DNA of 64,000 bases from Macrostomum lignano (Eukaryota): the NCBI GenBank assembly GCA_002269645.1, contig NIVC01003312.1, positions 40,522-104,521 on the forward strand, given 5' to 3'. Positions 1-10,986 of this stretch are shown here, in pieces (the first letter of the stretch is position 1; each line of letters begins with the position of its first letter). Made by a program: the position numbers and the translations under genes. The notes beneath the pieces are model-generated. The model searched no databases and was not told the DNA's origin. It saw nothing but the letters and a program-made list of their open reading frames with translations.

Positions 1-510
1 AGATGTGTCACACTAGGTGTCCACAATCAGAGTGCCAGATGTGTCACACTAGGTGTCCACAATCAGAGTGCCAGATGTGTCACACTAGGTGTCCACAATC
101 AGAGTGCCAGATGTGTCACACTAGGTGTCCACAATCAGAGTGCCAGATGTGTCACACTAGGTGTCCACAATCAGAGTGCCAGATGTGTCACACTAGGTGT
201 CCACAATCAGAGTGCCAGATGTGTCACACTAGGTGTCCACAATCAGAGTGCCAGATGTGTCACACTAGGTGTCCACAATCAGAGTGCCAGATGTGTCACA
301 CTAGGTGTCCACAATCAGAGTGCCAGATGTGTCACACTAGGTGTCCACAATCAGAGTGCCAGATGTGTCACACTAGGTGTCCACAATCAGAGTGCCAGAT
401 GTGTCACACTAGGTGTCCACAATCAGAGTGCCAGATGTGTCACACTAGGTGTCCACAATCAGAGTGCCAGATGTGTCACACTAGGTGTCCACAATCAGAG
501 TGCCAGATGT
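1..510. repeat. 36-bp minisatellite (AGATGTGTCACACTAGGTGTCCACAATCAGAGTGCC), about 14 apparently identical copies, runs off the window start
   Basis: Direct reading; the ORF track shows the 12-aa repeat MCHTRCPQSECQ. Confidence 0.97.
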
Positions 511-658
511 GACGCACTGTGTGCTCTCGTTTTAGCCCGTGGTGCAGCTTTATTATTTATTCTCGCATGAGCCAAGGCAAGGGCGTAAAGGCCAGATTTT
601 GCTTATCGCTTCCTTAACCAATAAATTACCGGCATGCCCGGCTTACGCGTCTGCTCAG

Positions 659-726
659 TGATCGAGGTGAAGCTCAAGGACACTCCGCAAGATCCCGAGA
701 ACCAGTCGCGAGGCTGCTGGTGCTGA
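659..726 (+). CDS. RAB6: Terminal coding exon A of a Rab6-like GTPase (xIEVKLKDTPQDPENQSRGCWC*)
   Basis: Acceptor ...ctgctcag|, phase 1, 21 codons plus TGA. Ends in the CXC prenylation motif and resembles the Rab6 tail as I recall it (human [21 protein letters not shown]). AATAAA at 994-999. Upstream exons lie outside the window. Confidence 0.65.
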
Positions 727-1159
727 GTTGTGTCTTTTTTGGTTAACTCAACTGACTTTGAGCAATATGGATAATTTCTCGGACCTTTTCTGATGTTTTT
801 TTATCATATCCGGTTTCCTAACTGAAGCTCCTCTGGTCCCTGTTCAGTCTCTGTGATCAACAGGCTTGACCCTTGACCTTGTTTTAGTCTTGTTTTGTTT
901 CGTGTTTCTTTCTCTGTCCAATAATTTTCACTATCTTGCTTGTCTATTGTAACAAACACAGGTAACATTCCAGCCGTATAGTTGTGCTTGACTAATAAAT
1001 TTTCTTGATCTAACTCTTTTTCTATCTGAAATAATAGACAGGTTTTTAGTGTCCAACAGATGCCTTAGCAAGGCCTTGGCAATCAAAGTGTTGGCAAGTC
1101 ACTTTTACGCCTGTTTAGGGCTTATAAACCCTTTGTAATTTTGCAGGCCATTAAACTCT

Positions 1160-1550
1160 TTTGTACTTTAGCGGGCCATTAAACCCCAACTTTGTACTTT
1201 AGCGGGCCATTAAACCCCAACTTTGTACTTTAGCGGGCCATTAAACCCCAACTTTGTACTTTAGCGGGCCATTAAACCCCAACTTTGTACTTTAGCGGGC
1301 CATTAAACCCCAACTTTGTACTTTAGCGGGCCATTAAACCCCAACTTTGTACTTTAGCGGGCCATTAAACCCCAACTTTGTACTTTAGCGGGCCATTAAA
1401 CCCCAATTTTGTACTTTAGCAGGTCATTAAACCCAACTTTGTACTTTAGCGGGCTATTAAACCCCACTTTGTACTTTAGCGCTCCATTAAGCCTATCTTT
1501 GTATTTTTGTGGGTCAGTATACTCGACTGGTTTGTACTTTAGCGGGCCAG
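1160..1550. repeat. 31-bp minisatellite (ACTTTGTACTTTAGCGGGCCATTAAACCCCA)
   Basis: About 9 clean copies followed by degenerate ones. Confidence 0.93.
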
Positions 1551-1946
1551 CATGAGAGAATAAGAGAATTTCACATTAAAATAGCTTAAAAAACATTCCT
1601 TGTTTGCCAATTTCCCTTCCTAATCGCTCTGCTAAAAGCCTTAACACGCTTTGACACCTCTGTTTTGTATGCGATATTCTTTTATACTATTTGTACTATA
1701 TAATAACATATAATAACCATATTCTATTCGCATATAAATTCCCGTTGTGCCTTTATCAATATTAACGGCAATTAGCTCTACTTATTACTGGTCAGTAGGA
1801 GTAGTTTAAAATAACTTTGGTACTTTTTAATAGGTATGCAACATTAAATGTTTTCAAGTTTAATTATTGCACCCCGGATCTACTTTATCGATTTTATATC
1901 GGACTCCTTCACTCTCAATTCTGCCAATTGATTTCTGAAACGCCAG

Positions 1947-2014
1947 ACATCGAACTTCGGCCAGTCGATCCGGACGACTCTAGCGAGCAGGCCAAAGGTT
2001 ACTGCAACTGTTGA
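1947..2014 (+). CDS. Alternative terminal coding exon B of the same Rab-like gene (xIELRPVDPDDSSEQAKGYCNC*)
   Basis: Acceptor ...acgccag|, phase 1, 21 codons plus TGA (68 nt, same as exon A), ends in CXC; ATTAAA at 2094-2099. Confidence 0.55.
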
Positions 2015-2169
2015 ATTATTTTTTTGTTGCTAGCTGGCAACTGTGTTCCAGTTAATGACGGTTGGCTTGAAAAAAGATTAATTTGTTTATTATATTAAAT
2101 TTTGTATTAGCTAATTCTCTTTTGTTTATGGTTGTTAGCTAGCATCTCTGCCATTGCGTGGGTAGATTG

Positions 2170-3500
2170 TTTGATAGATACAAATATAGATGGTTGATAG
2201 ATACAAATAAAGATGGTTGATAGATACAAATATAGATGGTTGATAGATACAAATATAGATGGTTGATAGATACAAATATAGATGGTTGATGGATACAAAT
2301 ATAGATGGTTGATAGATACAAATATAGATGGTTGATAGATACAAATATAGATGGTTGATAGATACAAATATAGATGGTTGATAGATACAAATATAGATGG
2401 TTGATGGATACAAATATAGATGGTTGATAGATACAAATATAGATGGTTGATAGATACAAATATAGATGGTTGATAGATACAAATATAGATGGTTGATCGA
2501 TACAAATATAGATGGTTGATCGATACAAATATAGATGGTTGATCGATACAAATATAGATGGTTGATAGATACAAATATAGATGGTTGATCGATACAAATA
2601 TAGATGGTTGATAGATACAAATATAGATGGTTGATCGATACAAATATAGATGGTTGATAGATACAAATATAGATGGTTGATAGATACAAATATAGATGGT
2701 TGATAGATACAAATATAGATGGTTGATAGATACAAATATAGATGGTTGATAGATACAAATATAGATGGTTGATAGATACAAATATAGATGGTTGATAGAT
2801 ACAAATATAGATGGTTGATAGATACAAATATAGATGGTTGATAGATACAAATATAGATGGTTGATAGATACAAATATAGATGGTTGATAGATACAAATAT
2901 AGATGGTTGATCGATACAAATATAGATGGTTGATCGATACAAATATAGATGGTTGATCGATACAAATATAGATGGTTGATAGATACAAATATAGATGGTT
3001 GATCGATACAAATATAGATGGTTGATAGATACAAATATAGATGGTTGATCGATACAAATATAGATGGTTGATAGATACAAATATAGATGGTTGATAGATA
3101 CAAATATAGATAGTTGATAGATACAAATATAGATGGTTGATAGATACAAATATAGATGGTTGATAGATACAAATATAGATGGTTGATAGATACAAATATA
3201 GATGGTTGATAGATACAAATATAGATGGTTGATAGATACAAATATAGATGGTTGATAGATACAAATATAGATGGTTGATCGATACAAATATAGATGGTTG
3301 ATCGATACAAATATAGATGGTTGATAGATACAAATATAGATGGTTGATAGATACAAATATAGATGGTTGATAGATACAAATATAGATGGTTGATCGATAC
3401 AAATATAGATGGTTGATAGATACAAATATAGATGGTTGATAGATACAAATTTAGATGGTTGATAGATACAAATATAGATGGTTGATTGATTGATCGATAA
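2170..3500. repeat. 23-bp minisatellite (GATAGATACAAATATAGATGGTT)
   Basis: More than 50 copies; generates three spurious 430-470 aa minus-strand ORFs. Confidence 0.97.
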
Positions 3501-3949
3501 AAATATGGATGGGTTGATACATGGATGATTATGCAAACAGACCGCAATTACAAGCTAAGAAAATATTACTATTGATGTATTTCACACAACCTGTCAATGT
3601 GTGTCTGTGTTTAAGTAATTTTCTTCTCTACAAAGCCTCAGTGATATTTTTTCTGCTTTTTTATTCCTACATATTTCAATAGAATCACCTATCGCTTGCT
3701 GTCAATATAGAACAGGCCCACCATATATAGACCACTATTGTCCATGAAGCATTGAAATAAAATTATCTATATAGTCAGGAAATCGTTTGTTCTTTGATCA
3801 TTACTTAACTGTTCGTATTACCATTTTTTCTTTAAATTTTTACTTCTGTTAGACTTCTCTGTAAACTAAGGGTTACAGTGGAGATGTTACCTATCCCATG
3901 TAGACAATCCGGTCCCTCATTCTATGGTAGTCCTCATCCTATGGCTATG

Positions 3950-4900
3950 ATGGTCCTTCTCATCCTATGATGGTCCTTCTCATCCTATGATGGTCCTTCT
4001 GATTCTATGGTGGTCCTTCTCATCCTATGGTGGTCCTTCTCATCCTATGGTGGTCCTTCCATCCTATGATGGTCCTTCTCATCCTATGGTGTTTCTTCTC
4101 ATCCTATGGTGGTCCTTCTCATCCTATGGTGTTTCTTCTCATCCTATGGTGGTCCTTCCATCCTATGATGGTCCTTCCATCCTATGATGGTCCTTCTCAT
4201 CCTATGGTGGTCCTTCTCATCCTATGGTGTTTCTTCTCATCCTATGATGGTCCTTCTCATCCTATGGTGGTCCTTCTCATCCTATGATGGTCCTTCTCAT
4301 CCTATGATGGTCCTTCTCATCCTATGATGGTCCTTCTCATCCTATGATGGTCCTTCTCATCCTATGGTGGTCCTTCTCATCCTATGGTGGTCCTTCCATC
4401 CTATGATGGTCCTTCTCATCCTATGGTGTTTCTTCTCATCCTATGGTGGTCCTTCTCATCCTATGGTGTTTCTTCTCATCCTATGGTGGTCCTTCCATCC
4501 TATGATGGTCCTTCCATCCTATGATGGTCCTTCTCATCCTATGGTGGTCCTTCTCATCCTATGGTGTTTCTTCTCATCCTATGATGGTCCTTCTCATCCT
4601 ATGGTGGTCCTTCCATCCTATGATGGTCCTTCTCATCCTATGGTGTTTCTTCTCATCCTATGGTGGTCCTTCTCATCCTATGGTGTTTCTTCTCATCCTA
4701 TCGTGGTCCTTCTCATCCTATGGTGGTCCTTCCATCCTATGATGGTCCTTCTCATCCTATGGTGTTTCTTCTCATCCTATGGTGGTCCTTCTCATCCTAT
4801 GGTGTTTCTTCTCATCCTATGGTGGTCCTTCTCATCCTATGGTGGTCCTTCCATCCTATGGTGGTCCTCATCTTATGGCGGTCCTTCTTATCCTATTGTG
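3950..4900. repeat. 19-20-bp minisatellite (GGTCCTTCTCATCCTATGAT/GGT)
   Basis: Direct reading. Confidence 0.95.
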
Positions 4901-5021
4901 GTCCTTCTCATTCTATAGTGGTCCATCTCATCTAATCTTGGTCTCTCATCTTGTGATGGTCTTTACTATTTTGTGATGGTAGTTCTCATCGTCCAGTTAG
5001 AGTCCTCATCCTGATGTACAG

Positions 5022-8000
5022 GCTGCTCTTAGCCCTTCGCACCACCTGTTTATAATGCATGCAGCCATGGACAGCAGCGGATCGGCCATGGAAGCCAGCT
5101 TCATCAAATCCCAGGTGTGCGGCTGGCCCGAGCCGCGCCAGCTCGAACTGATCGTGGGCGAGCTGACCGGCACAGACCAGCCGGGCGAGCTCTGCCTGGC
5201 CCGGCTGTCCGGCCTGGCCGGTCCAGTCGGCGGCCTGCTGCGGATTCAATTGGACAGCGGCGAATGCGATGAAATCGGCGATGATGTTGGCGAGGCCGAC
5301 TTGGCCGATCGGTTGCGCCGGTTCTGCCGCTCCCGACGCGACCTTCGCCTGCTGCCGATCCTGTGCTGGCGGGACCGGCTGCCGGCTTTGGAGAGGTCGC
5401 TGGCCCGCCTGCTGGGCGGCCGGTCCGGCCCGTGGACTCCGGCTGAGGTGAGCAAGCGGCATCAGCTCCGGCGCATCCTGCCGATTGAACCGGTGGCCAC
5501 TGAGCTGTGCATCCGGTTCTGCAAGCAGCCTAAGCAGTCGGCCGCCTCAGTGGCTATGACCAACCGCCTGCTAGCTGATTTAAAGCACTGCATTGGCCAG
5601 GATCCGAATTTCTCTCATTTGGCTCTGACTGGCCGGCTGAAGAACTGTAAATTGCATCAAGGCGACTGCGCCTATTATAGATGTCAGGTGAGATAAATAC
5701 CTGTCACTGCACTCATTGATTGATTGCTCCCCGACTCTACAAATGCTGAGTGGCCCTCCCATGGTTACTGAGAATAACTTCTGATAGTACCCTAATCCCT
5801 ACTGAGAATCGCCCCCTAATCCCTACTGAGGATCGCCCCCTAATCCCTACTGAGAATCGCCCCTAATCCCTACTTAGAATCGCCCCCTTATTCCTGACAA
5901 TTTGAGAATCGTCCCTAATCCCTAATGAGAATCGTCCCTTAATCCCTACTGAGAATCGCCCCTAATCCCTACTGAGAATCGCCCCTAATCCCTACTTAGA
6001 ATCGCCCCCTTATTCCTGACAATTTGAGAATCGTCCCTAATCCCTACTGAGAATCGCCCCTAATCCCTACTGAGAATCGCCCCTAATCCCTACTGAGAAT
6101 CGCCCCTAATCCCTACTGAGAATCGCCCTAATCCCTACTAAGAATCCCCCCCTAATCCCTACTGAGAATCGCTCCCTAATAAGAATCGCCCCCTAATCCC
6201 TACTGAGAATCGTCTCCTAATCCCTACTGAGAATCGCCTTCCTAATCCCTACTTAGAATCACCCCTAATCCCTACTGAGAATCGTCTCCTAATTCCTACT
6301 GAGAATCGTCTCCTAATCCCTACTGAAAATCGTCCCCTAATCCCTACTGAGAATCGCCCCCTAATCCCTACTGAGAATCGCCCCCTAATCCATACTGAGA
6401 ATCGCCCCCTAATCCCTACTGAGAATCGCCCCCTAATCCATACTGAGAATCGCCCCCTAATCCATACTGAGAATCGCCCCCTAATCCCTACTGAGAATCG
6501 CCCCTAATCCCTACTGAGAATCGTCCCTAATCCCTACTGAGAATCGTCCCCTAATCCCTACTGAGAATCGCCCCTAATCCCTACTGAGAATCGCCCCTAA
6601 TCCCTACTGAGAATCGCCCCTAATCCCTACTAAGAATCGCCCCCTAATCCCTACTGAGAATCGCCCCTAATCCCTACTGAGAATCGCCCCTAATCCCTAC
6701 TTAGAATCGCCCCCTTATTCCTGACAATTTGAGAATCGTCCCTAATCCCTACTGAGAATCGCCCCTAATCCCTACTGAGAATCGCCCCTAATCCCTACTA
6801 AGAATCGCCCTAATCCCTACTGAGAATCGCTCCTTAATAAGAATCGCCCCCTAATCCCTACTGAGAATCGCCCCCTAATCCCTACTGAGAATCGCTCCCT
6901 AATAAGAATCGCCCCCTAATCCCTACTGAGAATCGCCCCTAATCCCTACTTAGAATCGCCCCCTTATTCCTGACAATTTGAGAATCGTCCCTAATCCCTA
7001 CTGAGAATCGCCCCTAATCCCTACTGAGAATCGCCCCTAATCCCTACTGAGAATCGCCCTAATCCCTACTAAGAATCGCCCCCTAATCCCTACTGAGAAT
7101 CGCTCCCTAATAAGAATCGCCCCCTAATCCCTACTGAGAATCGTCTCCTAATCCCTACTGAGAATCGCCTTCCTAATCCCTACTTAGAATCACCCCTAAT
7201 CCCTACTGAGAATCGTCTCCTAATTCCTACTGAGAATCGTCTCCTAATCCCTACTGAAAATCGTCCCCTAATCCCTACTGAGAATCGCCCCCTAATCCCT
7301 ACTGAGAATCGCCCCCTAATCCATACTGAGAATCGCCCCCTAATCCCTACTGAGAATCGCCCCCTAATCCATACTGAGAATCGCCCCCTAATCCCTACTG
7401 AGAATCGCCCCTAATCCCTACTGAGAATCGCCCCCTAATCCCTACTGAAAATCGTCCCCTAATCCCTACTGAGAATCGCCCCCTAATCCCTACTGAGAAT
7501 CGTCCCCTAATCCCTACTGAGAATCGCCCCTAATCCCTACTGAGAATCGTCCCCTAATCCCTACTGAGAATCGTCCCCTAATCCCTACTGAGAATCGTCC
7601 CCTAATCCCTACTGAGAATCGCCCCTAATCCCTACTGAGAATCGCCCAATAATACCTACAGAGAATCGCGCCTCCTCTCACTGTTTTCGTACTGACCATT
7701 CGTGCTACTACCAGTAGTGAATGCATTTATTCCTTTACACAATCCTCTCGCAGCTGATGGCCAGCGCCATATTTGATGCATTCCGTGATGTCGTCCCGCC
7801 GCCGCCGCCGCCCAACTGCGCCACCGCTGCCGCCGTAGCAGCGGACTCCAACAGTAGAGCGGTCGCGAGTTCGAATCCTGTCGTTTCTAACAGCGAGAAC
7901 GACAGCTCAGAGACCGAAGCTGAATCAGTTTGCACGCCGTTCCCCCGTCCGGAGGAGATGCCAGCTCCAGACCTGCTTCTCATGGCCGGTTTCTGTCCCG

Positions 8001-8191
8001 ACGCCGACTCTGACGGCCCGCCGCTGATGCCGCCGCCGGCGCTTCAGCAGCAGCCAAAGTCTCGCGTTCCGCCAATCGTAGACGTCAGTTCTCTCGGGTC
8101 TGCACTCGTCGCCTGTCGGGATATTCGACTGGGCGATCCGAATTTTGTTAATGACGACAGACCTGACAGGCCCTATGTGCATAATAACTGA
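5022..8191 (+). CDS. Unidentified protein, last two exons (5022-5687 and 7754-8191); 5' exons not located
   Basis: GC-rich open frames; acceptor gtacag| at 5021, donor cag|gtgag at 5688, acceptor ctcgcag| at 7753; all phase 0 and in frame with the 213-aa and 156-aa ORFs. Pro-rich low-complexity C-terminus. Confidence 0.65.
5790..7650. repeat. 22-25-bp intronic minisatellite (CTAATCCCTACTGAGAATCGCCC[C]) with higher-order structure
   Basis: Variant units recur about 930 bp apart. Confidence 0.95.
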
Positions 8192-8249
8192 TAGATGTTG
8201 GCTCGCGTTCAGTGCCTGACCATATAGCCCATTGGATTCGGAGTTAATT

Positions 8250-8810
8250 TAAGAATCGCCCCTTCTGCCCCCTCTAGAATTCCCCTTCTGCCTCCTCTAG
8301 AATCCCCCCTTCTGCCTCCTATAGAATTCCCCCTTCTGCCCCTTCTAGAATTCCCCCTTCTATCCCCTCTAAAATCGCCCCTTCTGCCCCTCTAGAATTC
8401 CCCCTTCTGCCCCTTCTAGAATTCCTCCTTCTGCCCCTTCTAGAATTCCCCCTTCTGCCCCCTCTAGAATTCCCCCTTCTGCCCCTTCTAGAATTCCCCC
8501 TTCTATCCCCTCTAGAATCGCCCCTTCTGCCCCTCTAGAATTTCCCCTTCTATCCCCTCTAGAATCGGCCCTTCTGCCCCTCTAGAATCGCCCCTTCTGC
8601 CCCCTCTAGAATTCCCCCTTCTATCCCCTCTAGAATTCCCCCTTCTATCCCCTCTAGAATCGCCCCTTCTGCCCCTCTAGAATTTCCCCTTCTATCCCCT
8701 CTAGAATCGGCCCTTCTGCCCCTCTAGAATCGCCCCTTCTGCCCCCTCTAGAATTTCCCCTTCTATCCCCTCTAGAATTGCCCCTTGTGTCCCCTCTAGA
8801 ATCGCCCCTG
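8250..8810. repeat. 22-24-bp minisatellite (CTAGAATTCCCCCTTCTGCCCCT / CTAGAATCGCCCCTTCTGCCCCT)
   Basis: Direct reading. Confidence 0.93.
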
Positions 8811-9384
8811 CCCCTATAGGATCGGCCCCTCTTGCCCATTCTATTGTACAATCACTCTGGAACCATAGAAAGTCACTTCCCAAATAGGTTAATATTTATC
8901 TGTATTTACTAAAAGCCAATTTCAATCTGTCACCTCTCTGTCCTCGGATTCCCGAACCAAGATCAGTTTTGTCGTGGCCTATCTGGCAATCGTAAAACTC
9001 CATACGCTACTTATCTTATATATGCAAATCACGACTTTCTTATCTGGCCATCTGTCTGCCTGTTTTTTTTAAGCGGTTCGTTGAAAAACGATTTTTTGTA
9101 CAAACTTGTGCTACTATGGGCCACTCTACTGTGAGTTTACTATTGCTGCTCAAACTGGGGAGATTCACTAAGTCCTACCGTTGGTTTATGTTTTTGCCCG
9201 TGTTTAAATTTTTATTGATCTCAAACTGTTACCTAACATAATATCGTGTGCCAATGCAAGTTTACATATGTGTTTGCAACCTACTGGTTTTACCGGTTTT
9301 AAAATCTGCTTTTTGTTAACACGCAGCGCCTCCTGTTTCTCGCTTCTCCTTTATTTACTGATCTCCCTCCTGTAGCTCGTATTT

Positions 9385-10195
9385 TTGTCACTCTCCCTGT
9401 GTCACTCTCTCCCTCCATGTGTCACTCTCCCTCCCTGTGTCACTTTCCCTCCCTGTGTCACTCCAGCTCCCTGTGTCACTCTCCCCCTCCATGTGTCACT
9501 CCAGCTCCCTGTGTCACTCTCTCGCTCCCTGTGTCACTCTCCCTCCCTGTGTCACTCCAGCTCCCTGTGTCACTCCAGCTCCCTGTGTCACTCCCTCCCT
9601 GTGTCACTCCAGCTCCCTGTGTCACTCTCCCTCCCTGTGTCACACCAGCTCCCTGTGTCACTCTCCCTCCCTGTGTCACTCTCCCTCCCTGTGTCACACC
9701 AGCTCCCTGTGTCACTCTCCCTCCCTGTGTCACTCTCCCTCCCTGTGTCACTCTCCCTCCCTGTGTCACACCAGCTCCCTGTGTCACTCTCCCTCCCTGT
9801 GTCACTCTCCCTCCCTGTGTCACTCTCCCTCTCTGTGTCACACCAGCTCCCTGTGTCACTCCAGCTCCCTGTGTCACTCTCTCCCTCCCTGTGTCACTCC
9901 AGCTCCCTGTGTCACTCTCTCCCTCCCTGTGTCACTCCAGCTCCCTGTGTCACTCTCTCCTTCCATGTGTCACTCTCCCTCCCTGTGTCACTCCAGCTCC
10001 CTGTGTCACTCTCTCCCTCCATGTGTCACCCTCTCCCTTCACGTGTCGCTCTCTCCCTCCCTGGGTCACTCTAGTTCCTTCCCTGTGTCACTCCAGCTCC
10101 CTCCATGTGTCACTCCAGCTCCCTCCATGTGTCACTCCAGCTCCCTCCATGTGTCACTCTTTCCCTCTTTTGTGTCACTCCAGCTCCCTCCATGT
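9385..10195. repeat. 18-20-bp pyrimidine-rich minisatellite (CTCCCTGTGTCACTCCAG / CTCCCTGTGTCACTCTCC)
   Basis: Direct reading; four spurious ORFs. Confidence 0.95.
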
Positions 10196-10419
10196 GTCGC
10201 ATCCTTTGCCATTGCCTTTCCTTATGATTTAGTTTTTACTTTGCCCATGCATGTTGATACGTGTCTTATTAACTCGTGTTTGCAAAATGTTATTTTATGA
10301 AACTGCATTAAAGAACTAAAACGTGCAAGGCACTGCAAGCGCTCATAGATTGTAATAGTAATATTAAATCAGCTGCTAATCTATCTTTTGTTATAAAACA
10401 TATTTGCATTTAAACCTGT

Positions 10420-10986
10420 CCTGTAGGCTGCAGTTGTGCGTGTCGCATCTTGCGTAGTTTTTTATGAATAATCTTGAGCTTAAGCGGATGTACTTTATAC
10501 CGTGACAAGACCGTGACACCGTCACCGTGACAAGAATCGCTAAAGAGTCATTGCAATTTTGCAAACAGCTCATAAATGACCCTAGCAACTATGGGGCGAC
10601 TCTTTAACGACTCAAACGACTGCAATGCGACGGAGAGGCGACTGTTGAGTCGCAAGCGCATCATGTAAGTTGCAGAATCGTTAAAGAGTCGCGCAAAAAA
10701 GGTTGTTCAAGAGTCGTTATTTTAGCGTTATTATAAATGCGAAATGCAATTCTAATTCATAGAGTGACGCAGATGCGCTTTCGATGCAGCTCAGTGATTC
10801 TACAGTAACTCTGGCACGCCTCAATTTGACTCTTAGGCAACTCTTTGACGAATTTTTGGCGACTTGTACCGTGACATCTTGTCGGTTTTAAGTCGTTTAA
10901 GAGTCACTTCTTTTCTATTTTACCTGTGTTACCTGCAACGACTCTGGGTCAACACAAGTGACTCTGGGACGCTTCTTGACCCATGG
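10420..10986. mobile_element. Non-coding dispersed repeat, MITE-like, rich in GACTC/GAGTC motifs; longer copy
   Basis: Two segments (from 10531 and from 10911) are similar to 28796-28950. Termini uncertain. Confidence 0.45.

Noticed and set aside
3-512. 169-aa Cys/His-rich repeat ORF resembling a metallothionein or zinc-binding protein
   Set aside because: It is the translation of a perfect 36-bp array lying just upstream of a splice acceptor; no codon-level variation.
2107-3547. Three 430-470 aa ORFs, and similar long ORFs at 9385-10300, 13408-14007, 20189-20932, 30709-31658, 36344-37025, 44983-47028 and 49313-50134
   Set aside because: Stop-free tandem units open in several frames at once; artefacts.
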